Of a stretch of DNA of 64,000 bases, positions 1 through 9,696 are shown piece by piece. The stretch is from Candidatus Dormiibacterota bacterium (GTDB lineage: Bacteria > Chloroflexota > Dormibacteria > Aeolococcales > Bog-877), in NCBI GenBank assembly GCA_963701235.1, contig OY969577.1:26170-90169 (forward strand), read 5' to 3'. Every line of letters starts with the position of its first letter. The first letter of the stretch is position 1. The notes below the pieces were generated by a model. It did no database searches. It was not told where the DNA came from and saw only the letters and a list, made by a program, of their open reading frames with translations. The position numbers and the translations under genes were made by a program.

Positions 1-976
1 CGCTCTACTGCAGCGCTCGCGGGGAGATTTGACGGTCTTGGCGATGGGTGTCGCGGTGCCGGGCTCGGTGCGCTCGGACGACGGCCTGGTCCACTTCGCT
101 CCGAACCTAGGTTGGCGAAATGCTCCGCTCGGAACCCGCCTGCGCCAGGAAACCTCCGGGGACACCGAGGTGCGCATAGGCAACGACGCCAACCTCGGGG
201 CCATGGCCGAGCATTCGCGAGGCATTGCCGGTGGGGTCAACGATCTCGTCTACCTCCATGCCGAGGTGGGCGTGGGTGGGGGAATAATCACCGGCGGACG
301 GATGCTCGAGGGCTTCTCCGGTTACGGAGGAGAGGTCGGACACATCCAGGTCAACCCCAACGGGAGCGCCTGCCACTGCGGCGCGCGCGGCTGTTGGGAG
401 ACCGAGGTGGGCGAGGACGCGCTGGTCCGGCGCGCCGGACTGCGGCCGGGAGGCCGCGCTCCCCGCGAGCTGGTGCTGAAGCGTGCCAGAGCTGGTGATG
501 CCACCTGCCTGGCAGCGGTCCAGGCCACCGCGGAATGGATCAGCGTCGGGCTGATCGGTCTTGCCAACAGCCTCAACCCCGAGATGCTCATCCTGGGTGG
601 GATGTTCGAGGACGTGCTGGATCTGGCACGGCCCGCCATCGCCGAGCACCTCCAGCGCGGTATCTACGACGCGGCCAATCGGCATGTGCAGTTGGTCAGC
701 CCCAGGTTCGGTAGGGATGCGGCCCTGATCGGCGCGGCGGAGCTGGGACTCCAACTGATCCTCAACGACCCGGCTGCGGTTCCCCTCCGAGACAATCCTC
801 AGCGGGCCCCCCGCTTCCCCTCCCGACGCCAGCGGGTGAACCTGGCGGGCGTGGAGAAGGATCCAAACTCTGCCGCAGTCGCGCGCGCCGCTGGGGGCGG
901 CTCGCCCCGGCACAACGGCGAGCTTGGCCCTCCTCCATCGGTCAATCCCCCGCCACGGAAAGCTCAGCCAGTCTGA
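1..976 (+). CDS. ROK family sugar kinase/regulator, 5'-truncated by the window edge
   Basis: ORF 29..976 stays open back to nt 2. It carries the ROK zinc motif CHCGARGCWE and GNDANLGA. The first residues align to the middle of ROK proteins. The C-terminal ~70 aa are Pro-rich and low-complexity. Confidence 0.85.
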   Translation, partial: ALLQRSRGDLTVLAMGVAVPGSVRSDDGLVHFAPNLGWRNAPLGTRLRQETSGDTEVRIGNDANLGAMAEHSRGIAGGVNDLVYLHAEVGVGGGIITGGRMLEGFSGYGGEVGHIQVNPNGSACHCGARGCWETEVGEDALVRRAGLRPGGRAPRELVLKRARAGDATCLAAVQATAEWISVGLIGLANSLNPEMLILGGMFEDVLDLARPAIAEHLQRGIYDAANRHVQLVSPRFGRDAALIGAAELGLQLILNDPAAVPLRDNPQRAPRFPSRRQRVNLAGVEKDPNSAAVARAAGGGSPRHNGELGPPPSVNPPPRKAQPV

Positions 977-1260
977 GCCCGCGCCTGCTCTGAGCCCGGT
1001 CGCGGGGCGAGGTTATCGCTGGCATCCAGCACCGTTCGGATGGCGTCCGCCAGGGCAAGAGCGGAAGCCGCATCCAGCTCCAGCGCGACTCGAGCGCCCG
1101 GACCCAAAGTGGGATTTAGAAAGTCGAGGTTCAGGGTGTGCTCCGATGCGGCGTGCACCGGGTGGTCGAAGTAGACGCTCGCATCGGTAACTGGAAACCA
1201 GCCTTGGCCGCCCTTGCCACTGCCATTGAGACTCAGGGTCTCGGTTTGGTAGGTGCACAC
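964..1260 (-). CDS. Small conserved hypothetical protein (resembles the DUF6295 family by recollection)
   Basis: GTG at 1260..1258 is preceded by GGAGGAG and lies 1 nt after the TGA of the upstream hydrolase gene. Product begins VCTYQTETLSLNGSGKGGQGWFPVTDASVYFDHPVHAASEHTLNLDF. The longer tracked ORF 964..1479 overlaps the hydrolase and is rejected. Confidence 0.6.
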   Translation of the reverse strand: MCTYQTETLSLNGSGKGGQGWFPVTDASVYFDHPVHAASEHTLNLDFLNPTLGPGARVALELDAASALALADAIRTVLDASDNLAPRPGSEQARAQTG

Positions 1261-1261
1261 C

Positions 1262-2014
1262 TCAGGCTCCTCCGGCAGACAGGTACTCGCCGAAGAATCG
1301 CCAGATCTCCTCCCAGCCCTCCTTGGCGGCTTCGGGCCGGTAGGCGGGGCGATCAGCGGCGAAGAAGCTGTGGCCGGCCCCGGGATAAGTGTGGAATTCG
1401 AAGTTCTTGCCCTGTGCTTCGAGGACGCGTCCGAGCTCAGCCGTCTCCTCCGGCGAGGGGTGCTGGTCCTCCGCTCCAAACAGGCCCAGTACAGGACAGC
1501 GCAGGTCGGGTACTCGGTCGAGGAGGGGGGTCACCTTGAGGGGCATCCCCTCGGGAGGGGTGCCGACGATGAAGGCGCCGTAGCAGACGACGGCGCCGTC
1601 CAGGGGAAGGCTGCAGGCGGATAGGAACGACTGCCGGCCGCCCGAGCAGTATCCGATCACCCCGACCTTGCCGTTGCTGGAGGACATGGCGCGGAGGTGC
1701 GCGGCTGCACCACCGACGTCTCCCACCAGCCGCTCGTCTGGCACTCCACCGCGGGCCCGGGCGGTGGCAGCGGCGTCGTCGGGACTGGCGCCCGGGGCCT
1801 CCCGGGAGTACAGGTTGGGACAGAGCGCCAGATAGCCGTGAGTGGCCAGGGTCCGGGTCACCTCCTTGGACCAGCTGTCGTAGCCGGGCATGTGATGTAT
1901 GACCACCACACCGCCAAATTTGTCCTGGTCCAGTGGCTGAGCTAGGTAGGCCTCGATCTGGTCACCGCCGTGGCCGCTGATGGTCACCGTCTCGGCTCGG
2001 ATGTCGTCTCTCAT
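1262..2014 (-). CDS. Dienelactone hydrolase family protein
   Basis: 250 aa with a DLH-like N-terminus (QIEAYLAQP..GGVVVIHHMPG), nucleophile motif GYCSGG and His motif PGAGHSF. Confidence 0.9.
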   Translation of the reverse strand: MRDDIRAETVTISGHGGDQIEAYLAQPLDQDKFGGVVVIHHMPGYDSWSKEVTRTLATHGYLALCPNLYSREAPGASPDDAAATARARGGVPDERLVGDVGGAAAHLRAMSSSNGKVGVIGYCSGGRQSFLSACSLPLDGAVVCYGAFIVGTPPEGMPLKVTPLLDRVPDLRCPVLGLFGAEDQHPSPEETAELGRVLEAQGKNFEFHTYPGAGHSFFAADRPAYRPEAAKEGWEEIWRFFGEYLSAGGA

Positions 2015-2254
2015 AGGCGCTGCTACCTCCCGTCGGGCGGCGGATGTGTACTGACCCGGTGCGCAGGTCGGTGCGGACTCTCGATTGTTTCAGTTCCAGC
2101 GCGTCCGATTCCAGAGCACAGCCGAAACCACTTGAGGTGTAGCAACTGCTCAACGGCAAGGGACGCCAGAGCCGCACGGGTGGACGAACGGCGCCGCGGT
2201 CCGGCCACCGTACCGGACCGGGCGCCTCCGGTGAGGAGGGGAGCGTGGGGTGAA

Positions 2255-2482
2255 CTAGCTGGAGGAGCTGGATCCCGAGCTGCTCATGTTCGGGCAGCTA
2301 CGCATCCCCGGGGACGCAGTCGCGGTCGAGCTGGAGGTGGAACTGGCCAGGACGTGGGCTGACGTCACGACGGGGGACGCGCTGGCGGCAGCGGTGGTCA
2401 GAGATGCGACGCCAAAACCAAGCCCGGCCAGGCCGGCGAGCGCGACGCCGACCAAAAGCAGCCGCATAGCGATTCGTCTCAT
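2255..2482 (-). CDS. Small secreted Ser/Thr-rich protein (75 aa), function unknown
   Basis: ATG at 2482 is preceded by GGGAG. The N-terminus MRRIAMRLLLVGVALAGLAGLGFGVASL looks like a signal peptide. The mature part is S/T/A-rich with one Cys and ends in SSSSS. Confidence 0.45.
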   Translation of the reverse strand: MRRIAMRLLLVGVALAGLAGLGFGVASLTTAAASASPVVTSAHVLASSTSSSTATASPGMRSCPNMSSSGSSSSS

Positions 2483-2660
2483 CACTATCTCCCTGGTGTC
2501 GGACTCCCCGATCGGTGTGTGTGTCGGGGATGGATGGATTCGGTCTCCCAAGTCAAGCGCAGCCCACTGGGGACTCCCTCATAGGCGCCTGACAATCTGC
2601 CGAGAGTTGTCACCGGCGGCACCCGTATGCGATCCGACTCATGCCTACACTGGCCAGCGG

Positions 2661-2888
2661 ATGACCCGCCGTCAATTTCAGCGTCTCAAGCTCTTCGTCT
2701 TCCTCGGAGTTCTGGTCACCGACGTGACATTCGGCATCGCGCTGCTCCAATTCGGGGTGTCCTTGCCGTGGTGTCTGATCGTGCTTGCATTTCTCACGAC
2801 TCTTGCGGGGCTTGGCAACTGGTGGATGCTGCGCAGCCTGCGACGCTCTTTGGACCATGCCTCAGCGGCACCGCGCGCCGACAAGTGA
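2661..2888 (+). CDS. Small membrane protein (75 aa, 2 predicted TM), function unknown
   Basis: ATG at 2661 within tracked ORF 2286..2888. Two hydrophobic stretches: LFVFLGVLVTDVTFGIALL and LPWCLIVLAFLTTLAGLG. Confidence 0.4.
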   Translation: MTRRQFQRLKLFVFLGVLVTDVTFGIALLQFGVSLPWCLIVLAFLTTLAGLGNWWMLRSLRRSLDHASAAPRADK

Positions 2889-2979
2889 TGCCCGCTCAGG
2901 GCGCGCTCCGATGGCAATCTAAGTGTCTAGTGACCCGAAGCTCGTGGCCCACCGCGGGGATGCCCTGATGCGATCTGCG

Positions 2980-3936
2980 TCAGGAGAGAGCGCGCTTGAG
3001 TTCCCCTGCGGCAGCAAGCAGCTCCGCGGAAAAGAGGTTGGGATTGCCGAAAGTAAACCCGCCAATCCCCGCATCCAGATAGGGCTGCAGACGCTCTGCG
3101 GCCTGGTCCGGAGTGACCGGATCTCCCGATATGGCTAGCCGCTCTGGCGGAATGCGCTCCTTGAGCTGGCGTGCCTGGGCATCATCCAAGGCGAGCAAAC
3201 ATGGCTGCATCACCGTTTTGAGGATGGTGGAGGGATCACGCCCCTCTTCCTCGCAGTAGCGCTCGAGAATACCGACCTTGCGCTTGGTCTCCTCGACGCC
3301 GGGAAACCAATTCGAGATGTCCGCGTACTTGGCGACGATCCGAAGGGTGCGCTTCTCCCCGGCACCACCAATCAAGATCTTGGGTCCGCCTGGCTGGATG
3401 GGACGGGGCACATTCAGAGCGCGGTCAATCCGGAAGTATTTTCCGGTAAAGCTGGGACGCTCCTCGGTGAACATCAGCCTGGCGATTTGCACCGCTTCTT
3501 CGAGCCGGTCCATGCGCCTTCCGATGGGCGGAAAGTCGAATCCATAGCCGACATGTTCGTCCTCGTTCCATGCAGCTCCGATTCCTAGGATTGCCCGGCC
3601 CTTGGAGAGCACATCCAGGGTTGTGACCATCTTTGCCAGCAGTGCCGGGTTGCGATATGTCACCCCAGTCACCAAGGCGCTTAGACGGACTGTCTGGGTT
3701 CGCTGCGAGAGCGCGGCGAGGGTTGTATAGGACTCCATCATGGGCTCGGTTTCCTGACCGACGCCGCGGATTTGGTAGTAGTGGTCCATCACTGTGACCA
3801 TGTCGAATCCCGCTGTCTCAGCCGCCACGGCGAGGTTGGCAACGTGGTCGAACAGTGCATCGTCGCCGGTGCCCGGGAAGGTGTAGTTGGGCATGTGATA
3901 GCCGAAGAAGGGAGCTGCCACCAGTCGTTCCTCCAC
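2980..3936 (-). CDS. LLM-class (luciferase-like) F420-dependent oxidoreductase
   Basis: 318 aa with typical LLM layout: FGYHMPNYTF, MDHYYQ, GRAILGIGAAWNEDEH. Confidence 0.9.
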   Translation of the reverse strand: MEERLVAAPFFGYHMPNYTFPGTGDDALFDHVANLAVAAETAGFDMVTVMDHYYQIRGVGQETEPMMESYTTLAALSQRTQTVRLSALVTGVTYRNPALLAKMVTTLDVLSKGRAILGIGAAWNEDEHVGYGFDFPPIGRRMDRLEEAVQIARLMFTEERPSFTGKYFRIDRALNVPRPIQPGGPKILIGGAGEKRTLRIVAKYADISNWFPGVEETKRKVGILERYCEEEGRDPSTILKTVMQPCLLALDDAQARQLKERIPPERLAISGDPVTPDQAAERLQPYLDAGIGGFTFGNPNLFSAELLAAAGELKRALS

Positions 3937-4180
3937 TAAACCGAATCAGTGACCTCGGTTGCCCACTGAGCCCCACTCCCGCGGCCGAGCCCGGATGTAG
4001 CCAGGTCGGCTTGGCGCGCTGATTGAGCCAAGCTTAGGTCAGTACCTCGGGGTGCGCTCCGCCACCTGCGCCCATGCGACCCGATTGGGGGACCCGCGCC
4101 CAGCGGGGCGACCGCCAATTGACTTCGGGGGACGCGTTGCGCCCCCAGGGGCCTTGGGCCAAGATATTGTGTCCAAACTC

Positions 4181-4209
4181 TTGACAACCCACTATATGTA
4201 GCGGAAAAT
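4181..4209 (+). promoter_or_regulatory. Candidate promoter for the permease gene (-35 TTGACA, -10 GAAAAT, 17-nt spacer)
   Basis: TTGACA at 4181..4186 and GAAAAT at 4204..4209, about 75 nt upstream of the GTG at 4283. Sequence match only. Confidence 0.3.
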
Positions 4210-4282
4210 TCCCCCATCCCGAGGCTGGTGCGGAAGGCCACTGGGTTGGTAGTTTGCTGGGAGCACTGAGGGAGGAGGTGCC

Positions 4283-5944
4283 GTGAGCCAGAGCGTCGCC
4301 ACGAAGGGCCACATCTACAGGGACGAGGTCCTCGAGATCGAGCCCCAGGGGCTAGAACACGTCACCGAGGCGCAGCGCCACGGCCGTCCCTTCCAGATGT
4401 TCACCCTCTGGATGGCGGCGAACCTGGTACTGGCTACCTGGGTGATCGGCAACCTGGCCGTCGGAACTTTCGGCGTGAGCATGATGGGGGCGTTCATCGC
4501 GCTCGCCATCGGCAACGTCCTGGGCGCACTCCTGCTGGGCTTGCTCAGCACCTTCGGTCCCCGCCTGGGGGTCCCGCAAATGATCCAGTCGCGGGCACCC
4601 TTCGGGCTCCTCGGAAACTTCGGCCCTGCCGGACTCAACTATCTGGCTGGCATCGGATGGTTTGCGGTCAACACCGTCTATGGCACCTTTGCCCTCGCCG
4701 AGCTGGCTCATCTCAACTACTTCATCGCCCTGGCCATCATGGTGGTGGGGCAAGTAGCGCTGGCCGTGTACGGCTACAACATGATCCACGCCTTCGAGAA
4801 GTGGATGAGCGTGGCGCTGGTCGCCGTCTTCCTGATCCTGGCCGTCTTCACCTTCAAGGCGGGGCACTATGGACTGCCCTTCAACCCCAAGGCTCCGGTT
4901 CCCTTCGGCGGTCCCACCGGCGGCTTCATCATCACCATCGGCCTGGCTCTGTCGTACGCCTTTGGTTGGATGCCCTTCGCCTCCGATTACTCGCGCTACC
5001 TCCCCAAGACGACCAAGCCCTCGCGGATCATCTGGTGGACCGCGCTGGGCATGTTCATCCCCTGCCTGGTGCTGGAATGGATGGGCGCACTCACGGTGTC
5101 GATCGCGATGCCTGCCGCGACCGCCGCCAATCCCGCCAACGCCATCGCCTTTCTCATGCCCGGACCACTGGCTCAGGTCGCCCTGCTCGCCATCGCCGCC
5201 GGCACCGCCTGCGCCAACGCTCTCAACATCTACAGCGGCGCGATGTCGGCCTTGGTGATCAAGGTGGAACGCTCGCCATGGGTGCGAGCCGGTATCGCGG
5301 CAATGATCTTCGGTGGGGTCACCGCGGGTGTCCTGCTGGTCGCGAATTCCACCCTCGCCACGAACAAGGAGACCCTGATCGCCACCCCTGAGGTGGTGGG
5401 GGCGGCGATTCTGGTCGCTGCCGTGGTCGCCGGTGCGGTGCGCTTCCGGCTCCGCCGCTGGCAGGCAGCGATCGTGGTCGGGACCCTGGGTGGATTGCTA
5501 GCCATCGGCGGCAGCAATCCCAGCGCGGCGGCGGCCCAATACAGCAATTTCCTACTCCTGCTCTCCTACTGGATCGGGCCTTGGGTGGCCGTTGTACTGG
5601 TGGATTGGTTCTTCAAGCACCGTGGCTCATACGAGCTGCGTGCTCTCTACGACCAGAGCGCCAGGATTAGGGTCGGGACCATCGCCTGGGTTGTTGGCCT
5701 GGGCGTGTCCGTCCCCTTCATGAACCAATCCTGGTTCGTCGGCCCGATCCCCTCCGCCCACCCCCAGATCGGTGATGTCTCTTACCTGGTGAGCTTCGTG
5801 GTGGCGGGAAGCATCTACGCGATCTTTGGCCGCCGCCAGGCCACCCCTGCAGAAGAGCCCCGGGTGGAGGTCACGGGACAGTCGGTGGTCACCACCGATC
5901 CGGTGCTGGCAGCCGACCTCGATTACGTCGGCCGGGAGGCCTGA
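4283..5944 (+). CDS. NCS1 (purine-cytosine permease family) transporter
   Basis: 553 aa, multi-TM. N-terminal signature EHVTEAQRHGRPFQMFTLWMAANL is typical of cytosine/purine permeases. SD GGAGGAGG lies upstream of the GTG. Confidence 0.85.
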   Translation: MSQSVATKGHIYRDEVLEIEPQGLEHVTEAQRHGRPFQMFTLWMAANLVLATWVIGNLAVGTFGVSMMGAFIALAIGNVLGALLLGLLSTFGPRLGVPQMIQSRAPFGLLGNFGPAGLNYLAGIGWFAVNTVYGTFALAELAHLNYFIALAIMVVGQVALAVYGYNMIHAFEKWMSVALVAVFLILAVFTFKAGHYGLPFNPKAPVPFGGPTGGFIITIGLALSYAFGWMPFASDYSRYLPKTTKPSRIIWWTALGMFIPCLVLEWMGALTVSIAMPAATAANPANAIAFLMPGPLAQVALLAIAAGTACANALNIYSGAMSALVIKVERSPWVRAGIAAMIFGGVTAGVLLVANSTLATNKETLIATPEVVGAAILVAAVVAGAVRFRLRRWQAAIVVGTLGGLLAIGGSNPSAAAAQYSNFLLLLSYWIGPWVAVVLVDWFFKHRGSYELRALYDQSARIRVGTIAWVVGLGVSVPFMNQSWFVGPIPSAHPQIGDVSYLVSFVVAGSIYAIFGRRQATPAEEPRVEVTGQSVVTTDPVLAADLDYVGREA

Positions 5945-6040
5945 GGCAAGGGCAGACGCACCCGACTCCCCGTAGTTGGAGCACCGCCTGCTCCAGGTAC
6001 TACTGGCGCGACCGGCTCTATGCCCGCGGGAGCCGCCTGG

Positions 6041-6502
6041 TCAGTTGACGGTCGGTTGGGCGGGCTGGGGAGGGGCCACGTCGTGAACCCGGAAGCCAAC
6101 CGAGCGCTCAGGTTGTCCTGCCAACGTCGCCACCACGCGGTACTCGCCGGCCGTGGGGAAGACGAGATTCATCGAGAGCGCCAGGACGCTGCGGATGTCT
6201 GAGCCGGTCGGAAGTCCGGGGGGCCGGGCCGAGCTCAGCTGGGTTGTCATCCCCGCGACCTGGTTGCCCACCGGGTCCTGGATCGAGACCGCAAGCGAGT
6301 AGGTGTTGCCGCTGGCGATCCAGGGAACCAGCACCGTCACCCCGACCCCGAGGTGGCTCACCACCGGCTGACCAGGGTTGGCGGCCGTCGGTCGCCAGTG
6401 GTCGGTCCAGCCGCCGCCGGAGATGTAGAGCAGCCCGTTGACCGCCTCGACGTGGTTGGCCAGGATTAGATTCTCGATCCGGGGCTGGTCCATCTCAGCC
6501 AA
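6041..6502 (-). CDS. Conserved hypothetical protein (DUF6941-like by recollection)
   Basis: 153 aa with motifs ANHVEAVNGLLYISGGGW and ARPPGLPTG. It follows the DUF885 gene on the same strand with a 75-nt gap. Confidence 0.6.
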   Translation of the reverse strand: MAEMDQPRIENLILANHVEAVNGLLYISGGGWTDHWRPTAANPGQPVVSHLGVGVTVLVPWIASGNTYSLAVSIQDPVGNQVAGMTTQLSSARPPGLPTGSDIRSVLALSMNLVFPTAGEYRVVATLAGQPERSVGFRVHDVAPPQPAQPTVN

Positions 6503-6577
6503 GGCTCGCCGCCCCCGGGATTTCCATCCGAAGGCTCTGGTGGCCCCAGTCTTTTTCGGCGGGCGCCCCTAGCTCGT

Positions 6578-8266
6578 TCACTCGGTGAGGACGGTTGCCG
6601 GTCGCGGCTCCCGCATCTCCTCCCGCAACTGCTGCAGGCCGATGTTGCCCAGATCCAGCGCCTGGCGGTGAAAATCCTTGAGGTTGAAGCTCGGTCCCCA
6701 GGAACGCCTGGCCTCCTCGCGCACCTCCAGCCAGACCCGTTCACCGACCTTGTAGGCGATGGCCTGGGCGGGAATGCCAAGGTAGCGGTCGACCTCGCCG
6801 GTGCAGAACTCAACCGACCGTCCCGAGTTCTGCACCATGAACTCCACCGCCAGCTCCCGAGACCAGGTTTCGCCGGGATGGAAGCGCTGCCCTCTGGGTA
6901 GCCGGAGCTCTAGGTGGAGGCCGATGTCCACCACCACCCGCGCCGCCCGGAATGACTGGTTGGCCAGCATGCCCAGGTAGTAGTCGGGGTTCTCCAGGTA
7001 TCCCAGCTCGCCCATCAGCCGCTCGGCGTATAGAGCCCAACCCTCGGCGTGGCCGGATATAACTCCCAGCAGGCCCTGGAACGGGTTTATCCGATCTCCC
7101 AGCCAGCAGACGTAGGCCAGCTGCAGGTGGTGACCGGGGACTCCCTCGTGATAGGCGGTGGCGATCTCAGTCCAGAGAGGGAAGCGGGTTCGGCCCAAGG
7201 TGGGGTACCAGGTCCGGCCCGGGCGGCTGAAGTCCTCGGCCGGCGGCGTGTAGTACATGGCGGGGCTTCCCCCGGAGGGCGCCAGCATCGCCTCCACGGT
7301 CAGGACGGGGTCGGGGATGTCGAAATGAACCCCGTTGAGCTGGGCGATGGTCTGATCGAGGAGGTCCTGGTTCCAGTCGCGAAAGTCTGCCTCGCCCTCG
7401 ATGGCTCGTCGGGGATCGGTGTCGAGCAGCTCGGTGACCTCGGCCAAGGTGCCGCCGGGCAGGATCCTCTCGGCGGTAGAAACCATCTCGTCCTGGATCT
7501 TCTGCAGTTCCTCCCAGCCCCATTCGTAGGTCTGCAGGGGGTCGATCTGAATGCCGTTGAATGCCCGGCAGCCGAGCTGGTAAAGCTCGGGCCCACATCC
7601 TTCCCGGGCCACAGCTTTGTCCAGGTAGCTGCGCTCCACGAAGTCGGCGAAGTCCAGGTAAGCGCGGTCGGCGTTGAGGGCGGCCGATTCCAGCCGTGAG
7701 CGCTGGCGTTGGCTCCCTCCCGTGTAATCCGCCGCCAAGCCCCTGAAAAAGCCCGGGGTTGATTCGGTGCCGCCATAGTTGCGTGCTTTCACCGCGCTGA
7801 CGATGGCCTGACGCCGGGCTGAGACCACTTGGCGACTGACTCCGAGTTCCAGCGTCTCCCTGACGCCCTTGAGGCAAGCGGGCACTCCCTCGAGCCGCTC
7901 TGAGATCACTTCCCAGTCGTGCTCGCTACTGCGTGCCATCAGGTCGAAGGCCATGCGGGCGGCTTCGATAGGTCCGAGAAAGCGCAGGCTGCGCATCCAG
8001 TTTCCCGAGTCGTAGAGGTCGACCTCGACCCCTAGGCGATCGCGCATAACCGAGGCGGCTAGACGGTCTCGGTCATCGCCCAGGGAGATCGCGTCCAGCT
8101 GCGAGAGGGCGCTTCGTGCCAGGTCTGCTCGCGCCGCCTCGCCTGCCGGCGAGTAGTCGGTCATCTCCGAGTCGTGGCCGAGGGTACCGCGGCTAGTGGC
8201 CTCGATCGGGTCCAACACCGAGATCCGGTCTAGGTAGTCATGAGCGATCTCGTCGACCTTGGACAT
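6578..8266 (-). CDS. DUF885 family protein (putative metallopeptidase-like)
   Basis: ATG at 8266 is preceded by AAGGAG..GAGGG. Contains the YHEGVPGHHLQ motif characteristic of DUF885. The tracked ORF extends to 8380. Confidence 0.85.
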   Translation of the reverse strand: MSKVDEIAHDYLDRISVLDPIEATSRGTLGHDSEMTDYSPAGEAARADLARSALSQLDAISLGDDRDRLAASVMRDRLGVEVDLYDSGNWMRSLRFLGPIEAARMAFDLMARSSEHDWEVISERLEGVPACLKGVRETLELGVSRQVVSARRQAIVSAVKARNYGGTESTPGFFRGLAADYTGGSQRQRSRLESAALNADRAYLDFADFVERSYLDKAVAREGCGPELYQLGCRAFNGIQIDPLQTYEWGWEELQKIQDEMVSTAERILPGGTLAEVTELLDTDPRRAIEGEADFRDWNQDLLDQTIAQLNGVHFDIPDPVLTVEAMLAPSGGSPAMYYTPPAEDFSRPGRTWYPTLGRTRFPLWTEIATAYHEGVPGHHLQLAYVCWLGDRINPFQGLLGVISGHAEGWALYAERLMGELGYLENPDYYLGMLANQSFRAARVVVDIGLHLELRLPRGQRFHPGETWSRELAVEFMVQNSGRSVEFCTGEVDRYLGIPAQAIAYKVGERVWLEVREEARRSWGPSFNLKDFHRQALDLGNIGLQQLREEMREPRPATVLTE

Positions 8267-8328
8267 TCCCTCTCGCTCCTTCGTCCGTGCGGTGCTCGGC
8301 TTGAGCGCGCTCCTGGCCCGCGGTGAGA

Positions 8329-9525
<1,197 letters not shown>

Positions 9526-9696
9526 CGACCTCCTTGGCGCTCTGGCCCGGCACCGCCGGCGACCAGGCTAATCGACGGCCTGGCCATGGTTCCTACTCAG
9601 CGCCCGTGGAATCAAACTGGCGTCAGGTCAGCTTAGACCCGGCTCCGGGTTGTCGGCGCCCCTACCCTGAGCCGCAGGCGGCGGCCCAAGAGTGCC

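Noticed and set aside
107-913. Long antisense or alternative-frame ORFs throughout the track (for example 107..913 -, 8422..9429 +, 42618..43700 +, 45209..46420 -, 36531..37448 +, 37546..38343 -).
   Set aside because: They overlap genes with clear family motifs and have Arg/Pro/Gly-rich compositions typical of shadow ORFs in high-GC DNA. I recognised no motifs in them.
4190-4282. A B12-box-like string GCCACTG (4237..4243) upstream of the first NCS1 permease.
   Set aside because: Only about 75 nt separate the putative promoter from the start codon, which is too short for a cobalamin riboswitch. The other conserved blocks are absent.
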